Below, piece after piece: positions 19,650 to 29,349 of a stretch of DNA of 64,000 nt (positions are counted from its first letter, which is position 1; each line of letters opens with the position of its first letter). The DNA comes from an uncultured Anaerolineaceae bacterium. GTDB taxonomy: Bacteria > Chloroflexota > Anaerolineae > Anaerolineales > UBA11579. The notes beneath the pieces are model-generated. The model saw only the letters and a list, made by a program, of their open reading frames with translations, did no database searches and was not told where the DNA came from. The DNA is taken from assembly GCA_964371335.1 (NCBI GenBank), contig CAYJMC010000004.1:19179-83178 (forward strand), read 5' to 3'. Both the position numbers and the translations under genes were made by a program.

Positions 19650-21629
19650 ATGTCTCAAAAGGTTGATCTCCTTTTCGCCAATGCCATCGTCCTCACCATG
19701 GACGAGGCCCTGAGCCAATACGAACATGGCGCCGTTGCGGTCTCTGGCAACGCCATCGTTGCTGCCGGCCCCGAAGCCGAGCTGCGCAAACAATTCGAAG
19801 CAAAGGAGACGGTAGATTGCGGCGGCAAAGTGTTGATGCCCGGCCTGGTCAATGCGCACACGCACGTGCCCATGACCCTGTTGCGCGGCCTGGCCGACGA
19901 TCTGCGCCTGGACGTGTGGCTGATGGGTTACATCATGCCCGTAGAGCGCGAATTCGTGAACCCGGAGTTTGTGCGCCTGGGCGCTTCTATTGGCTGTGCC
20001 GAATTCATTCGCTCCGGCGTCACGAGCTTTGCTGACATGTATTACTTCGAGTCTGCAGTGGCCGAGGCTACAGCCGCGGCTGGTTTGCGCGCCGTGTGTG
20101 GGCAAACCGTCATGCGTTTCCCGACGCCCGACGCGCAATCCTATGAAGATTCTCTCGCTGCCACGCGCGATTTTATTGAAAAGTGGCTGGGCCATCCGCT
20201 CATCGTTCCGGCGGTTTCGCCTCACGCGCCGTACAGCTGCACTGAAGAAATCTTGCGCGCCACCGCGGCGCTTGCCGCGGAGTTCGACGTGCCCTTGCAC
20301 ACCCATCTCGCCGAGACCTCCTTCGAAGTAGAAAACGCCCGCCGAGATTGGGGCATGCCTGTGGTTCCATACGTCAAAAAGCAGAATCTCTTCGATGCCA
20401 AAGTCCTTGCCGCTCACTGCGTCCATGTGGATACTGGCGAAATCAATACACTCAAGCACCACGGCGCTGGGATCGCTCACAACCCCTCCTCGAATCTCAA
20501 GTTGGCTTCTGGCGCCGCGCCCGTGGTCGAAATGCTCAAGGCGGGACTGAATGTTGGTATCGGCACCGACGGCCCCGCATCCAACAATGATTTGGATATG
20601 TTCGAAGAAATGAGGCTGGCAGCCCTGTTGGCGAAATTCCACAGCGGAAACCCCACCTCGCTGCCTGCACAGACTGCCGTAGAGATGGCAACTCGCCTGG
20701 GTGCTCAGGCTATGCACCTCGGACATCTGACGGGTTCACTGGATCCCGGCAAGCGCGCCGATCTGATTTTGGTGGACATTAATCAGCTGCATAACTCTCC
20801 GCATTACCGCCGTGACCCAAACAGCGTGTACGCCCAACTGGTCTACGCTACCAAGTCCACCGATGTAAGCGACGTGATGGTGAACGGCAAGTGGTTAATG
20901 CGCGACCACCAACTGCTGACTTTGAACGAGCGCGAAATGCTGGCCCAGGCCGCTGACCTCGCCAAAGAAGTGGATCGCTTCCTCATTGCTCGCGAGTCCT
21001 CAGTCCTTTCTAAACTGATTGCCATCGGCGGAACCACGCAAGAAGAAAGTTTCGAAATCCAGGTCAAGGTCAAGGTGGAAGATCCCAAACCCATTCTTGA
21101 GGCGCTGGCCAAGCCCGGAATCAAGATTATTTACAATCGTCACTACCGCGAATACGACACGTATTTCAAATTCAAACCCGAGCAAGGCATCCTGCGCTAC
21201 CGTGAAGACGAATTCATCGATGAGCGCGGTGAGGTCGATCATGTTCGCTACCGCCTTACGCTCGTCGGCGATCCCCACGAGCGCGAGTTCCCCAGCGACG
21301 TCATGCTTTCGCGCAGCCGCTTCCTGGCGCCGGCCAACCAGAGCCTGCGCTTCTATCGCGAATACTTCCAGCCCAGCGAAGAAATCCACATCGTGAAAGA
21401 TCGTCGCCGCTGGCTAGTGCGCTTCAGGGACACCGAGTTCTACGTGAACCTCGACCGCATGGATGAGCCCGCCCTCGGATATTTCCTCGAAGTGAAGAGC
21501 CGCACCTGGAGCCGCCGTGACGCCGAGCACAAATCCACACTTGTGCTTGAGCTGGCCAAATTCCTCGGTGTTTCCACCCAAAAAACCGAAGGAAGAGAGT
21601 ACGTAAAAATCGTCGAAGAAAAAAGTTAA
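19650..21629 (+). CDS. MTA/SAH-deaminase-family amidohydrolase fused to C-terminal CYTH domain
   Basis: NAHTH, SPHAPYS, HLAET, GTDGPASNN. From about 21051: EIQVK, DTYF, LRYR, KDRR, GYFLEVK. Confidence 0.85.
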   Translation: MSQKVDLLFANAIVLTMDEALSQYEHGAVAVSGNAIVAAGPEAELRKQFEAKETVDCGGKVLMPGLVNAHTHVPMTLLRGLADDLRLDVWLMGYIMPVEREFVNPEFVRLGASIGCAEFIRSGVTSFADMYYFESAVAEATAAAGLRAVCGQTVMRFPTPDAQSYEDSLAATRDFIEKWLGHPLIVPAVSPHAPYSCTEEILRATAALAAEFDVPLHTHLAETSFEVENARRDWGMPVVPYVKKQNLFDAKVLAAHCVHVDTGEINTLKHHGAGIAHNPSSNLKLASGAAPVVEMLKAGLNVGIGTDGPASNNDLDMFEEMRLAALLAKFHSGNPTSLPAQTAVEMATRLGAQAMHLGHLTGSLDPGKRADLILVDINQLHNSPHYRRDPNSVYAQLVYATKSTDVSDVMVNGKWLMRDHQLLTLNEREMLAQAADLAKEVDRFLIARESSVLSKLIAIGGTTQEESFEIQVKVKVEDPKPILEALAKPGIKIIYNRHYREYDTYFKFKPEQGILRYREDEFIDERGEVDHVRYRLTLVGDPHEREFPSDVMLSRSRFLAPANQSLRFYREYFQPSEEIHIVKDRRRWLVRFRDTEFYVNLDRMDEPALGYFLEVKSRTWSRRDAEHKSTLVLELAKFLGVSTQKTEGREYVKIVEEKS

Positions 21630-21645
21630 GCCATTGCCCCTTGCT

Positions 21646-21674
21646 TTGCGCCGTTCTGGCCTGAAGGCTATAAT
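21646..21674 (+). promoter_or_regulatory. Putative sigma70 promoter of kinase module
   Basis: TTGCGC-17 bp-TATAAT. Confidence 0.55.
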
Positions 21675-21712
21675 CGCCTCCAGGCCATTTTCTTTAATGG
21701 CGGGAGTCTTTT

Positions 21713-23602
21713 CTGAGCGACGATCAATCCACGCGCAACCTGGATTTCAAAGAAGGGGGGACCAAATTCACCCAACTTAGGAAGGGTGATCTGCTCCAAG
21801 ACCGCTTCGAAATCCAGGAAATCGTTGGCATGGGAGGAATGGGGGCAGTCTATCGCGCCCGGGACAAGAATTTTAAGGCCATTCGCCTGGTTGCGATCAA
21901 AGAGATGATCAGTCAGGTCACCGACCCCATCGTGCGCAAGAACATCTTCCAGATTTTCGAGCGGGAAGCCAACATCCTGGCTACCCTGCGCCACCCCTCC
22001 ATCCCCCGTATCTACGACTACTTCACCATCGGCGAACGAGCCTATCTGGTGCTGGAATTCATCCACGGCAAGAATCTCGAACAACTCCTTTCCGAAACCC
22101 AGTCCTTTTTCCCTGAAGAACAAATCCTGTCCTGGGCCGTGGAATTATGCGATGTACTGGATTACCTTCACGGCCATAAGCCAGAGCCCATCATCTTCCG
22201 CGACGTCAAGCCTTCCAACATCATGAATACTTTGCAGAACCACATTGCCCTGGTAGATTTTGGCATTGCGAAAGTTTTCGAATCGGGTCAAAAGAACACC
22301 ATGGTGGGCACCCAGGGCTACTCTCCTCCCGACCAGTACCGCGGCGAAGCCACACCCAAAGTGGATATCTATGCCCTCGGCGCCACTTTGCACCACCTGC
22401 TCACCTTGCGCGATCCCCAGCTAGAGGCGCCTTTCTCGTTTGGCGAGCGCCTGATTAGCGAAATCAACCCCAACGTCAGCAAAGAATTCTCTGCGGTGGT
22501 CGAGCGAGCCCTGGAGTACAAACCCGAAGATCGCTACGAAAGCGCCGATGAAATGAAGGAAGCCCTCATAAACGTGGCGCGCAAAACCGGCACCTTGCTC
22601 CACTTGAGCATCCCAACAGCCGCAGCTCCTTCCACGCGCGGCGTTGGAGTCAAGCCGCTGTGGACCTTCGACTGCGAAGATGAATTACGCGGCTCACCGA
22701 ATTACCACGACGGCACACTCTATATTGGTTGCTACGACAACAACCTTTACGCGCTGGATGCCGCCAACGGACAATTCAAATGGAAATACCCCACCGATGG
22801 TGGCATCGCCAGTAGACCCGCGATTTTTGAAGGAAATGTCTATTTCGGCTCTGAGGACAAGCGGCTCCACGTCATCTCTACCCGTTCGGGCAAAGTCACG
22901 TGGACCTATTACACTGACGGGCCGGTGCGTTCTTCACCTCGCATCGCCGAGGGTCACGTATTCATCGGCTCGGATGACGGTTGCCTCCATGCGATAAGCA
23001 CCACCAATGGCCGCCTGTCCTGGAAGACAGAAGCTGGGTCTCCCGTCCGTTCAACCCCATTCGTCAGTGACGAATATGTATATTTCGGCTCCGAGGCGGG
23101 CGATTTCACCTGTGTGGATTTCCGCGGCGACCCGCGCTGGCGCTTCAAGGCCAAGCGCGCCATCACTTCCTCGCCGGTCGTAGCTGATGGCGCCGTCTAC
23201 TTCGGTTCGATGGATAACACTTTGTACGCTCTGGACGCCAATACAGGCTGGGTGGTCTGGCGCTTCCGCCTGGGTAAAGGCAGTATTTCCACACCGGCCA
23301 TCCAGAATAATTCCCTCTATACTGGCGCTGCCGATCACATCATCTATTGCATCGACGTCCGCTCTGCAAAAGAAATGTGGCGTTATACCACTGATCATCA
23401 GGTGACCGGTTCGCCTATCGTCCATCGTGACGCCGTTTACTGTGGCTCAGTGGATGGGGGCTTCTACTGCCTGGATGCAACTAGCGGCCACCTGCGCTGG
23501 CGTTTCCAGACGGGGGGGCCGATCACCGGGACTCCTATCGCCCATGAAGACATTATTTTCATCGGCTCCACCGACAAGCGCGTTTACTCTTTCCTGGCTT
23601 AA
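21713..23602 (+). CDS. Ser/Thr protein kinase with C-terminal PQQ/BamB-like beta-propeller repeats (ORF-track start 21830 is probably too short)
   Basis: DRFEIQEIVGMGGMGAVY, AIKE, FRDVKPSN, DFG, then repeated SSP..VYFGS.D..LYALD..TG..W units. Confidence 0.9.
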   Translation: MSDDQSTRNLDFKEGGTKFTQLRKGDLLQDRFEIQEIVGMGGMGAVYRARDKNFKAIRLVAIKEMISQVTDPIVRKNIFQIFEREANILATLRHPSIPRIYDYFTIGERAYLVLEFIHGKNLEQLLSETQSFFPEEQILSWAVELCDVLDYLHGHKPEPIIFRDVKPSNIMNTLQNHIALVDFGIAKVFESGQKNTMVGTQGYSPPDQYRGEATPKVDIYALGATLHHLLTLRDPQLEAPFSFGERLISEINPNVSKEFSAVVERALEYKPEDRYESADEMKEALINVARKTGTLLHLSIPTAAAPSTRGVGVKPLWTFDCEDELRGSPNYHDGTLYIGCYDNNLYALDAANGQFKWKYPTDGGIASRPAIFEGNVYFGSEDKRLHVISTRSGKVTWTYYTDGPVRSSPRIAEGHVFIGSDDGCLHAISTTNGRLSWKTEAGSPVRSTPFVSDEYVYFGSEAGDFTCVDFRGDPRWRFKAKRAITSSPVVADGAVYFGSMDNTLYALDANTGWVVWRFRLGKGSISTPAIQNNSLYTGAADHIIYCIDVRSAKEMWRYTTDHQVTGSPIVHRDAVYCGSVDGGFYCLDATSGHLRWRFQTGGPITGTPIAHEDIIFIGSTDKRVYSFLA

Positions 23603-23615
23603 GGACAGCCGCATC

Positions 23616-24524
23616 ATGAAAAAATTTTTAAAGCGCATTCGACGTAAGAAACCGAAATCGAAAAAAGACAAACATGGCACTGCGGCCACTGCGCCCCTGC
23701 TCGATGAGGCGCAGGTTTGGGATATGGTGGGCACGAAACCGGGCGCCAAACTCAACCATTTGGTGGCCGGCTCTGCCTTAGATTTGGGCCAACGCCGCGA
23801 AAATAACGAAGATGCGCTGCTCTGCCTCAACGGCTCTCTGGGCAGCGGCGCTGATAGCCAGTCACTTGGTATCTACGTCATCGCCGACGGCATGGGCGGC
23901 CATCGCAATGGCGAAATAGCCTCCGAAACAGCTGTACGCGCTCTTGGAAACCATTTAATTAGCAGGCTCTATAAACCGCTCTTTGGGCCGGACCCTCAAT
24001 CGACTAACGAATCCCTTCGCGAAATCATGGAGTCCGCAGTGCGCGAGGCTCACAGGGCGGTGAAAAGAGCGGCACCGGGCGGCGGCTGCACATTGACCGC
24101 CGCGCTGGTGATTGGCTCCCAATTAGTCATCGCCCATCTGGGAGATAGCCGCGCCTACGCCATCACACGGGATGGGCGCATCGATGCACTCACCAAAGAC
24201 CATTCCTTGGTGAAGCGTCTCCAGGAAATGGGACAACTAACCCAAGAAGAAGCGGCTACTCACCCGCAGAAATCGGTGCTTTATCGCGCCCTTGGCCAGG
24301 GAGAAGTGGTGCAGGCGGACATCTTCACCAGCAGCCTGCCCAATCCGGGTTTCCTTTTGATTTGCTCTGATGGCCTCTGGGGCGTAGTTGACGAAGACGA
24401 TATCCAGCGTATCGTGAACTCCACCTCCAGCCCTTATCTAGCCTGCCAACATCTGGTCGAAGCCGCCAACGCTGCAGGCGGCCCGGACAATATTTCTGTG
24501 GTCCTAGTTCGCCTGGTCAGCTGA
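23616..24524 (+). CDS. PP2C-family Ser/Thr phosphatase
   Basis: RENNEDA, IADGMGGH, HLGDSRAY, CSDGLW, GGPDNIS. Start set at MKKFLKR after AAGGA. Confidence 0.93.
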   Translation: MKKFLKRIRRKKPKSKKDKHGTAATAPLLDEAQVWDMVGTKPGAKLNHLVAGSALDLGQRRENNEDALLCLNGSLGSGADSQSLGIYVIADGMGGHRNGEIASETAVRALGNHLISRLYKPLFGPDPQSTNESLREIMESAVREAHRAVKRAAPGGGCTLTAALVIGSQLVIAHLGDSRAYAITRDGRIDALTKDHSLVKRLQEMGQLTQEEAATHPQKSVLYRALGQGEVVQADIFTSSLPNPGFLLICSDGLWGVVDEDDIQRIVNSTSSPYLACQHLVEAANAAGGPDNISVVLVRLVS

Positions 24525-24530
24525 TCCCAG

Positions 24531-26012
24531 ATGAGAGCCACCAACTATCTGGATAATTATTATGCGCGTTTAGGAATTTCCCGGACGGCAACCCTGGCGG
24601 AGATTCACCAGGCCTATCGCAACGCCGCCCAGCGCTTCCACCCGGATGCCAATAAAAAAACGGGGGCGCACGAACTTTTCCTGCTGGTACAGGAAGCTTA
24701 CGACACGCTTTCCGATCGCGATAAACGTTGGGCGTATGACGCCAGTCTGCCACCCGACATCGACGCGCCGCCGCCCATAATGGTGAACGCACTCTATAGC
24801 CGTGGGCAAATCACACCCGGCGAAACCAACCAGGTCGTTTATGTACTGCTGGACCTGATGGCCACCGACCCCAGCGACCTCGACGGTCACCCCCCGCTCA
24901 ACGTCTGCCTGGTGCTGGATAGCTCCACTTCCATGGCTGGCAGCCGCCTGGGCCAAGTAGTCAAAGCCGCCAACCATTTCCTCGAACAGCTCCAGTCGCA
25001 TGACATCCTTTCCGTGGTGACCTTCAATGACCACGCAGACCTCGTCATCCCAGCGCAATCGGGCCGCGACATCCGCCGCCTGCAGTCGCGCGTCAGCACC
25101 CTGCAAACGCGAGGTGGCACTGAGATTTTGCAAGGCCTGCAGTTGGGTTTACGGGAGGTCCAGCGTAATTTGCGACCCAGCTACATCAACCACCTGGTAT
25201 TGATTACCGATGGCCGCACCTACGGCGACGAGGAAGGCTGCCTGCGACTCGCCGAGCAGGCCTCCGACTTGGGTATACACATTAGCGCCATTGGTATCGG
25301 CGAGGAATGGAACGAGGCATTTATCGACCAACTTGTTGCCAAAGGAGGCGGCAGCAGCCTGTATGCAGATCGCAGCGCGGAAATCCACAAGTTGCTGGAA
25401 CGGCGACTCAATACGCTCAGCCAATGCTTTGCGAACAACGTAAAACTGCATTTTGAGGCGGGGGCCCATAGCCGGCTACACTATGCCTTTCGCCTTTCTC
25501 CGGACCTGGGCGCTCTCCCAATTGAGTCGCCCTTATTTCTGGGCGCCATCCCATTGGAGACCAGCCTAAGCGTATTACTGGAATTCGAACTAAATGCAGA
25601 TCGCCAGAGTCAGGGAGACCTGGTATTAGCCGAAGGCGACCTCCGCCTGGATATTCCCACGCGAGCCATTCCTTCAACCAAGGCGCGCTTCCGCTTGAGT
25701 CGGCCGGTGCAGGAACTCCAAGAAGCCGAAGCGCCTCCGCAAACCCTTATTGACGCCATCGGCAAGTTGTCGCTATATCGCATGCAGGAGCAAGCCCGCC
25801 AGGATATCGATGCGGGCGATTTGGTGGGAGCCGCAAAACGCATGCGCATGCTTGCCACCCATTTGCTTTCGACCGGTCAAAAGAATCTTGCGAAAACGGT
25901 GCTGCTCGCGGCAGACGACATAAAAGAAGGTGGCGCACTTGGTGAGAAAACGGGAAAACAGATAAAATACGGAACCAGGGCGCTAATAGCAAAACACGAA
26001 ACGAGAAGATGA
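24531..26012 (+). CDS. J-domain (DnaJ) plus von Willebrand A domain protein
   Basis: YYARLG..FHPD..EAYDTLSD J-domain, then LDSSTSM MIDAS, GGT, ITDG. Confidence 0.9.
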   Translation: MRATNYLDNYYARLGISRTATLAEIHQAYRNAAQRFHPDANKKTGAHELFLLVQEAYDTLSDRDKRWAYDASLPPDIDAPPPIMVNALYSRGQITPGETNQVVYVLLDLMATDPSDLDGHPPLNVCLVLDSSTSMAGSRLGQVVKAANHFLEQLQSHDILSVVTFNDHADLVIPAQSGRDIRRLQSRVSTLQTRGGTEILQGLQLGLREVQRNLRPSYINHLVLITDGRTYGDEEGCLRLAEQASDLGIHISAIGIGEEWNEAFIDQLVAKGGGSSLYADRSAEIHKLLERRLNTLSQCFANNVKLHFEAGAHSRLHYAFRLSPDLGALPIESPLFLGAIPLETSLSVLLEFELNADRQSQGDLVLAEGDLRLDIPTRAIPSTKARFRLSRPVQELQEAEAPPQTLIDAIGKLSLYRMQEQARQDIDAGDLVGAAKRMRMLATHLLSTGQKNLAKTVLLAADDIKEGGALGEKTGKQIKYGTRALIAKHETRR

Positions 26013-26031
26013 CTCAGCGACGAGGCCAACG

Positions 26032-26547
26032 GTGAGAATCAATTGCCCGAATTGCGGCTTGGAGCAGGAACAAAATGATTTGTTCTGTTCCAATTGTGGT
26101 GCCAGGCTGGTGGGGACCGACAAACTGCGCACCATGCCCATGGATTTCTCCAACATGGGCGGCTCCGTCACCAACAAATTAGAGGGACCCGGGACAATAC
26201 CTGTACCGTCGGCCAACGCCCGCCTCAACCTGCACATCATCCGAAGTGGCCAAATCTTGCCCTTGAATGGACCCGGGGAGTACATCGTCGGCCGGGTGAG
26301 CGAAGGTCAATCCATTCTCCCTGACATCGATTTGGAACCGTATGCTGCCTATGAATCGGGTGTCTCTCGGCTGCACGCCCGCATCCGTATTGAGGAAAAG
26401 GATATTTGGATTACCGACTTGGGCTCAGCGAATGGCACCCGGGTTAACAACGAAAAACTGACCCCCAACCAGGATTATCCGTTGAGCAACAAAGATGTCT
26501 TGCGCCTTGGGCGTTTGAGCATCCAGGCGTTAATCGGCCAAGAATAA
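26032..26547 (+). CDS. Zinc-ribbon plus FHA domain protein
   Basis: CPNCG..CSNCG, VGR, VSRLHA, DLGSANGT. Confidence 0.9.
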   Translation: MRINCPNCGLEQEQNDLFCSNCGARLVGTDKLRTMPMDFSNMGGSVTNKLEGPGTIPVPSANARLNLHIIRSGQILPLNGPGEYIVGRVSEGQSILPDIDLEPYAAYESGVSRLHARIRIEEKDIWITDLGSANGTRVNNEKLTPNQDYPLSNKDVLRLGRLSIQALIGQE

Positions 26548-26553
26548 GTCGCC

Positions 26554-26796
26554 ATGCCTTACACAGTCCTCATCCACATCCAGAACGAAGACCCTGTGAT
26601 CGGCGAAATCGATGAACTTCCTGCCGCAGGCGACCTCAACATCCGTGTACAGAACCCGCGTAAGCGCGATGGCAAGGATCTGCATTATTTGCAAAACGAC
26701 GTAACCACCGTCATCTGGCCCTGGAGCCGCATCAGCTTCATAGAAGTTCTGCCGAGCGGTGCTGAGGATGCGATCATCGGCTTCGTTCGCGAATAG
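26554..26796 (+). CDS. Small hypothetical protein (beta-rich)
   Basis: 80-aa ORF tightly packed in the operon with plausible composition. No family recognised. Confidence 0.75.
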   Translation: MPYTVLIHIQNEDPVIGEIDELPAAGDLNIRVQNPRKRDGKDLHYLQNDVTTVIWPWSRISFIEVLPSGAEDAIIGFVRE

Positions 26797-26800
26797 CAAA

Positions 26801-26859
26801 AACCTTGCGAAGGTTGACCTTGAAATCAGCATTTTGGCAAGTCCAACCTTCGCAAGGTT
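26801..26859. repeat. REP-doublet-like palindromic element, copy 2
   Basis: AACCTTGCGAAGGTTG-spacer-CAACCTTCGCAAGGTT, perfect 16-bp inverted ends. Confidence 0.9.
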
Positions 26860-26869
26860 GGTGATAACC

Positions 26870-27610
26870 ATGACCGACACATCCCTTGCAAACAAACGCA
26901 TCCTTGTAGTCGACGATGAAGAACGCATCGTGCGCTTCATCCGCCTCAACCTGGAGCAGGACGGCTTCCAGGTGGTCGAAGCCTTTAGCGGAAAGCAGGC
27001 CATGGAGAAATTGCGCCAGACACTCCCGGACCTCGTTTTGCTCGATGTCATGCTTCCCGACCTGGACGGCTTCGAAGTCCTGCGCATGGTCCGCGAGAAT
27101 CACGACGTGCCCATCATCATGCTTACTGCCAAGACCGAGGAGGATGACCGGGTACGCGGCCTGGAACTAGGCGCCGATGATTACGTCACCAAGCCGTTCA
27201 GCCCACGCGAGTTGGTAAGCCGCGTGCGCGCGGTGCTCCGTCGCACCGAGAAGTCCCGCGAAGGCAAGGAAGGGGCCATCCAGGTGGACGACCGCCTAAA
27301 GATTGATTTCGATCGGCGCGAAGTCTGGGTCGATGGCAAATTGGTAAAGTTGCGCCCCACCGAATATAGGCTGCTATACCATCTAGTGCAGAACGCAGGT
27401 TGGGTGGTCACTCACGACCAGATCCTCGCCAAAGTCTGGGGGTACGAATATCGTGACGAGCCTCATTATGTTCGCTTATATGTGAACTATCTTAGGGAAA
27501 AATTAGAAGAAGATCCTGCAAACCCCAAATACATACTCACCGAACGTGGGGTTGGTTATCGTTTTGTGGATTACAAACGCCAGCAGGAAGAAACTAAGCC
27601 AAAAAAGTAA
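26870..27610 (+). CDS. OmpR-family response regulator
   Basis: [24 protein letters not shown], winged helix ending TERGVGY. Start moved to 26870 because the upstream extension is the repeat. Confidence 0.93.
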   Translation: MTDTSLANKRILVVDDEERIVRFIRLNLEQDGFQVVEAFSGKQAMEKLRQTLPDLVLLDVMLPDLDGFEVLRMVRENHDVPIIMLTAKTEEDDRVRGLELGADDYVTKPFSPRELVSRVRAVLRRTEKSREGKEGAIQVDDRLKIDFDRREVWVDGKLVKLRPTEYRLLYHLVQNAGWVVTHDQILAKVWGYEYRDEPHYVRLYVNYLREKLEEDPANPKYILTERGVGYRFVDYKRQQEETKPKK

Positions 27611-27722
27611 TACTCCAGCCCTTTTTACGTTTTTCATATAAAGCGTTTGCGCGTTTTTAATTCACGCGCGCTAAGTTAAAGACGCTCGAAAGAAGAGCAG
27701 AATTTGGATCAAGGAGGCTGAA

Positions 27723-28169
27723 ATGGCTAATATAACTAGATGGGAACCCTTCCGCGAACTGATGGAGATGCGTCGAGATTGGGATCGTGTGTTCGACGAT
27801 AATTTCTTCCGACCCTTATGGTCGTCCGAAAACGGACAGCGCACTCCGCTGGTTGACGTCTACCAGACGGCGGACGAAGTTCACGTGAAGGCTGCCATGC
27901 CTGGCGTCAAAGCTGAGGATGTGGACATCCAGGTGAATGGCGACATGCTCACTATTCGTGCCGAAATGAAGCATGAAGAAGAACACAAGGATGCCAGCTA
28001 CATGGTACGCGAACGGCGCTATCACTCTTACGCCCGCTCGCTGTCTCTGCCGGTCCCGGTGAAAGCCGACAAGGCTGAAGCCGAGGTGAAAGACGGCATC
28101 CTGCACGTTACTTTGCCGAAGGCGGAGGAGGCCAAGCCGAAGGTAATCACCGTCAAGGCTTCGAAGTAG
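27723..28169 (+). CDS. Hsp20/alpha-crystallin small heat-shock protein
   Basis: WEPFREL, PLVDVYQ, MPGV, DGILHVTLPK. Confidence 0.95.
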   Translation: MANITRWEPFRELMEMRRDWDRVFDDNFFRPLWSSENGQRTPLVDVYQTADEVHVKAAMPGVKAEDVDIQVNGDMLTIRAEMKHEEEHKDASYMVRERRYHSYARSLSLPVPVKADKAEAEVKDGILHVTLPKAEEAKPKVITVKASK

Positions 28170-28187
28170 CCTCCCGCCATCCCTTTG

Positions 28188-28219
28188 CAAGAGCCCGCCT
28201 ATGCGGGCTCTTGATTTTT
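28188..28219. terminator. Terminator between convergent genes
   Basis: CAAGAGCCCGC-CTAT-GCGGGCTCTTG then ATTTTT. Confidence 0.8.
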
Positions 28220-28565
28220 AACCGTCCTTATTTCTTGACTTCATCTCTTCGTGAAGCGCTCGCAAATAATGCCAATCGTAGATCCCATATTTGTGTCCAT
28301 CCTCCCATTCGAGATTAATCGCATAATTGCCCACCGCCTCGATATTTTGAAGCCTTGAAGCTGCCGCGCTCATCAGCGGGATGATGAACATGGTCGGATC
28401 CGGTTCCGGCTTCATGTTTTCATGGCCGCCGCGGCACTGGGCGCAGGGGCAGGCATTCCGCAGTAGATCAAACGGAAACGCGCTCTTCTCCCCGTCGTTC
28501 CAATCCACGTAAAGCCGTGCTCCTTTACGATTGGCAGTAATGCTTGTTGGTCGAATTTCGCTCAT
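28218..28565 (-). CDS. DUF971/GBBH-N-like metal-binding protein
   Basis: LRNACPCAQC, VGNYAI, WEDGH, GIYDW. Confidence 0.85.
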   Translation of the reverse strand: MSEIRPTSITANRKGARLYVDWNDGEKSAFPFDLLRNACPCAQCRGGHENMKPEPDPTMFIIPLMSAAASRLQNIEAVGNYAINLEWEDGHKYGIYDWHYLRALHEEMKSRNKDG

Positions 28566-28585
28566 TCCCGTTCCTTAATATTTCT

Positions 28586-28636
28586 ATCCTTGCGAAGGTT
28601 GTACTTGCGGCATTTCAAGGTAAGCCTTCGCAAGTT
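28586..28636. repeat. REP-doublet-like palindromic element, copy 3
   Basis: ATCCTTGCGAAGGTTG-spacer-AGCCTTCGCAAGTT. Its reversed spacer resembles that of copy 2. Confidence 0.8.
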
Positions 28637-28643
28637 TTTATCA

Positions 28644-29132
28644 TTATGGATTGGCGACCACTGATAGATAGTCCGCCGCTGCCCAGCCGGCGCGGCTTTC
28701 GTCCACTGGAGTGACCAGGTACCACCAGGTTAGTCCATCGGCCTCCACCGGACCGTCGCGTACCTCGAAGACCTCGGCGTCGTAGCCCAGGAACTGCACA
28801 TCATTACTCAGTCCAGGGCCGCTGCGGATGTTGAGACCCACGCCTCCGGTGCCCGTGATCTGCACAAAACTGCCGATGCCCATCTCGCCCGATTGCAGCG
28901 GCACAAAAGTCGGGGTCATTGTCGAGGTTGGTACCTGGGTCGCGGTCGGCGGCTGCGGCGTATTCGACGGACCTGGTATCCAAGTAAGAGCCGCCTGCGG
29001 TGCTTCGCTGGCGCCAGCCGGCAGATACCAAAACAAGGCAAAGGCAGCCGCTCCTGTAAGAAGAATGCCCAATCCAATTGCAGAAAGCACAACTCCGCGA
29101 GTGAACAAAGTCCGTAGGGCTTCCCAATTCAT
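28644..29132 (-). CDS. Membrane-anchored SH3b-domain protein
   Basis: N-terminal TM helix, P/T linker, GLNIRSGPG..WW..GWAAADYL. Confidence 0.85.
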   Translation of the reverse strand: MNWEALRTLFTRGVVLSAIGLGILLTGAAAFALFWYLPAGASEAPQAALTWIPGPSNTPQPPTATQVPTSTMTPTFVPLQSGEMGIGSFVQITGTGGVGLNIRSGPGLSNDVQFLGYDAEVFEVRDGPVEADGLTWWYLVTPVDESRAGWAAADYLSVVANP

Positions 29133-29162
29133 ATCCGTTAAGCATACCCCAGCCCATTAAAC

Positions 29163-29295
29163 CATTGCGAGCCAAGGAAAGCTTTGCTTTCCGCAGTTGC
29201 GAGGAGGCCGAAGGCCGACGAAGCAACCTCCACGGCGTGGCAATCCCCTAGGTCCAGCTTGAGGATTGCTTCGGGCGCGATGCACCCTCGCGATA
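29163..29295. repeat. Composite palindromic repeat element
   Basis: CATTGCGAG...GAGGAGGCCGAAGGCCGACGAAGCAA...GTGGCAATCC...GGATTGCTTCG...CTCGCGATA. 29184-29226 matches recG 34532-34574 in reverse. Confidence 0.85.
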
Positions 29296-29300
29296 GTTTA

Positions 29301-29349
29301 AATCTCCAATCTCTAATCCCAAATAATTAATAACAAATAACCATTGCCA
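29301..29349 (+). repeat. Heptamer tandem array
   Basis: AATCTCC AATCTCT AATCCCA AATAATT AATAACA AATAACC ATTGCCA. Confidence 0.7.

Noticed and set aside
19629-20726. Long antisense ORFs (also 415-1230, 14843-15778, 41323-42255, 49977-51062)
   Set aside because: These are shadows of well-supported genes in GC-rich coding DNA with no recognisable motifs.
21713-26547. Calling the kinase-PP2C-vWA module a TerY-P antiphage system
   Set aside because: The domain architectures differ, and it lies among housekeeping genes with no defence-island or mobility markers.
27611-27722. CIRCE element upstream of hsp20
   Set aside because: No TTAGCACTC-N9-GAGTGCTAA match is visible.
28804-29226. 140-aa minus-strand ORF starting MLRRPSASSQ
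   Set aside because: It begins inside the repeat element and overlaps the SH3 gene in another frame. It is useful only as a pointer to the recG match.
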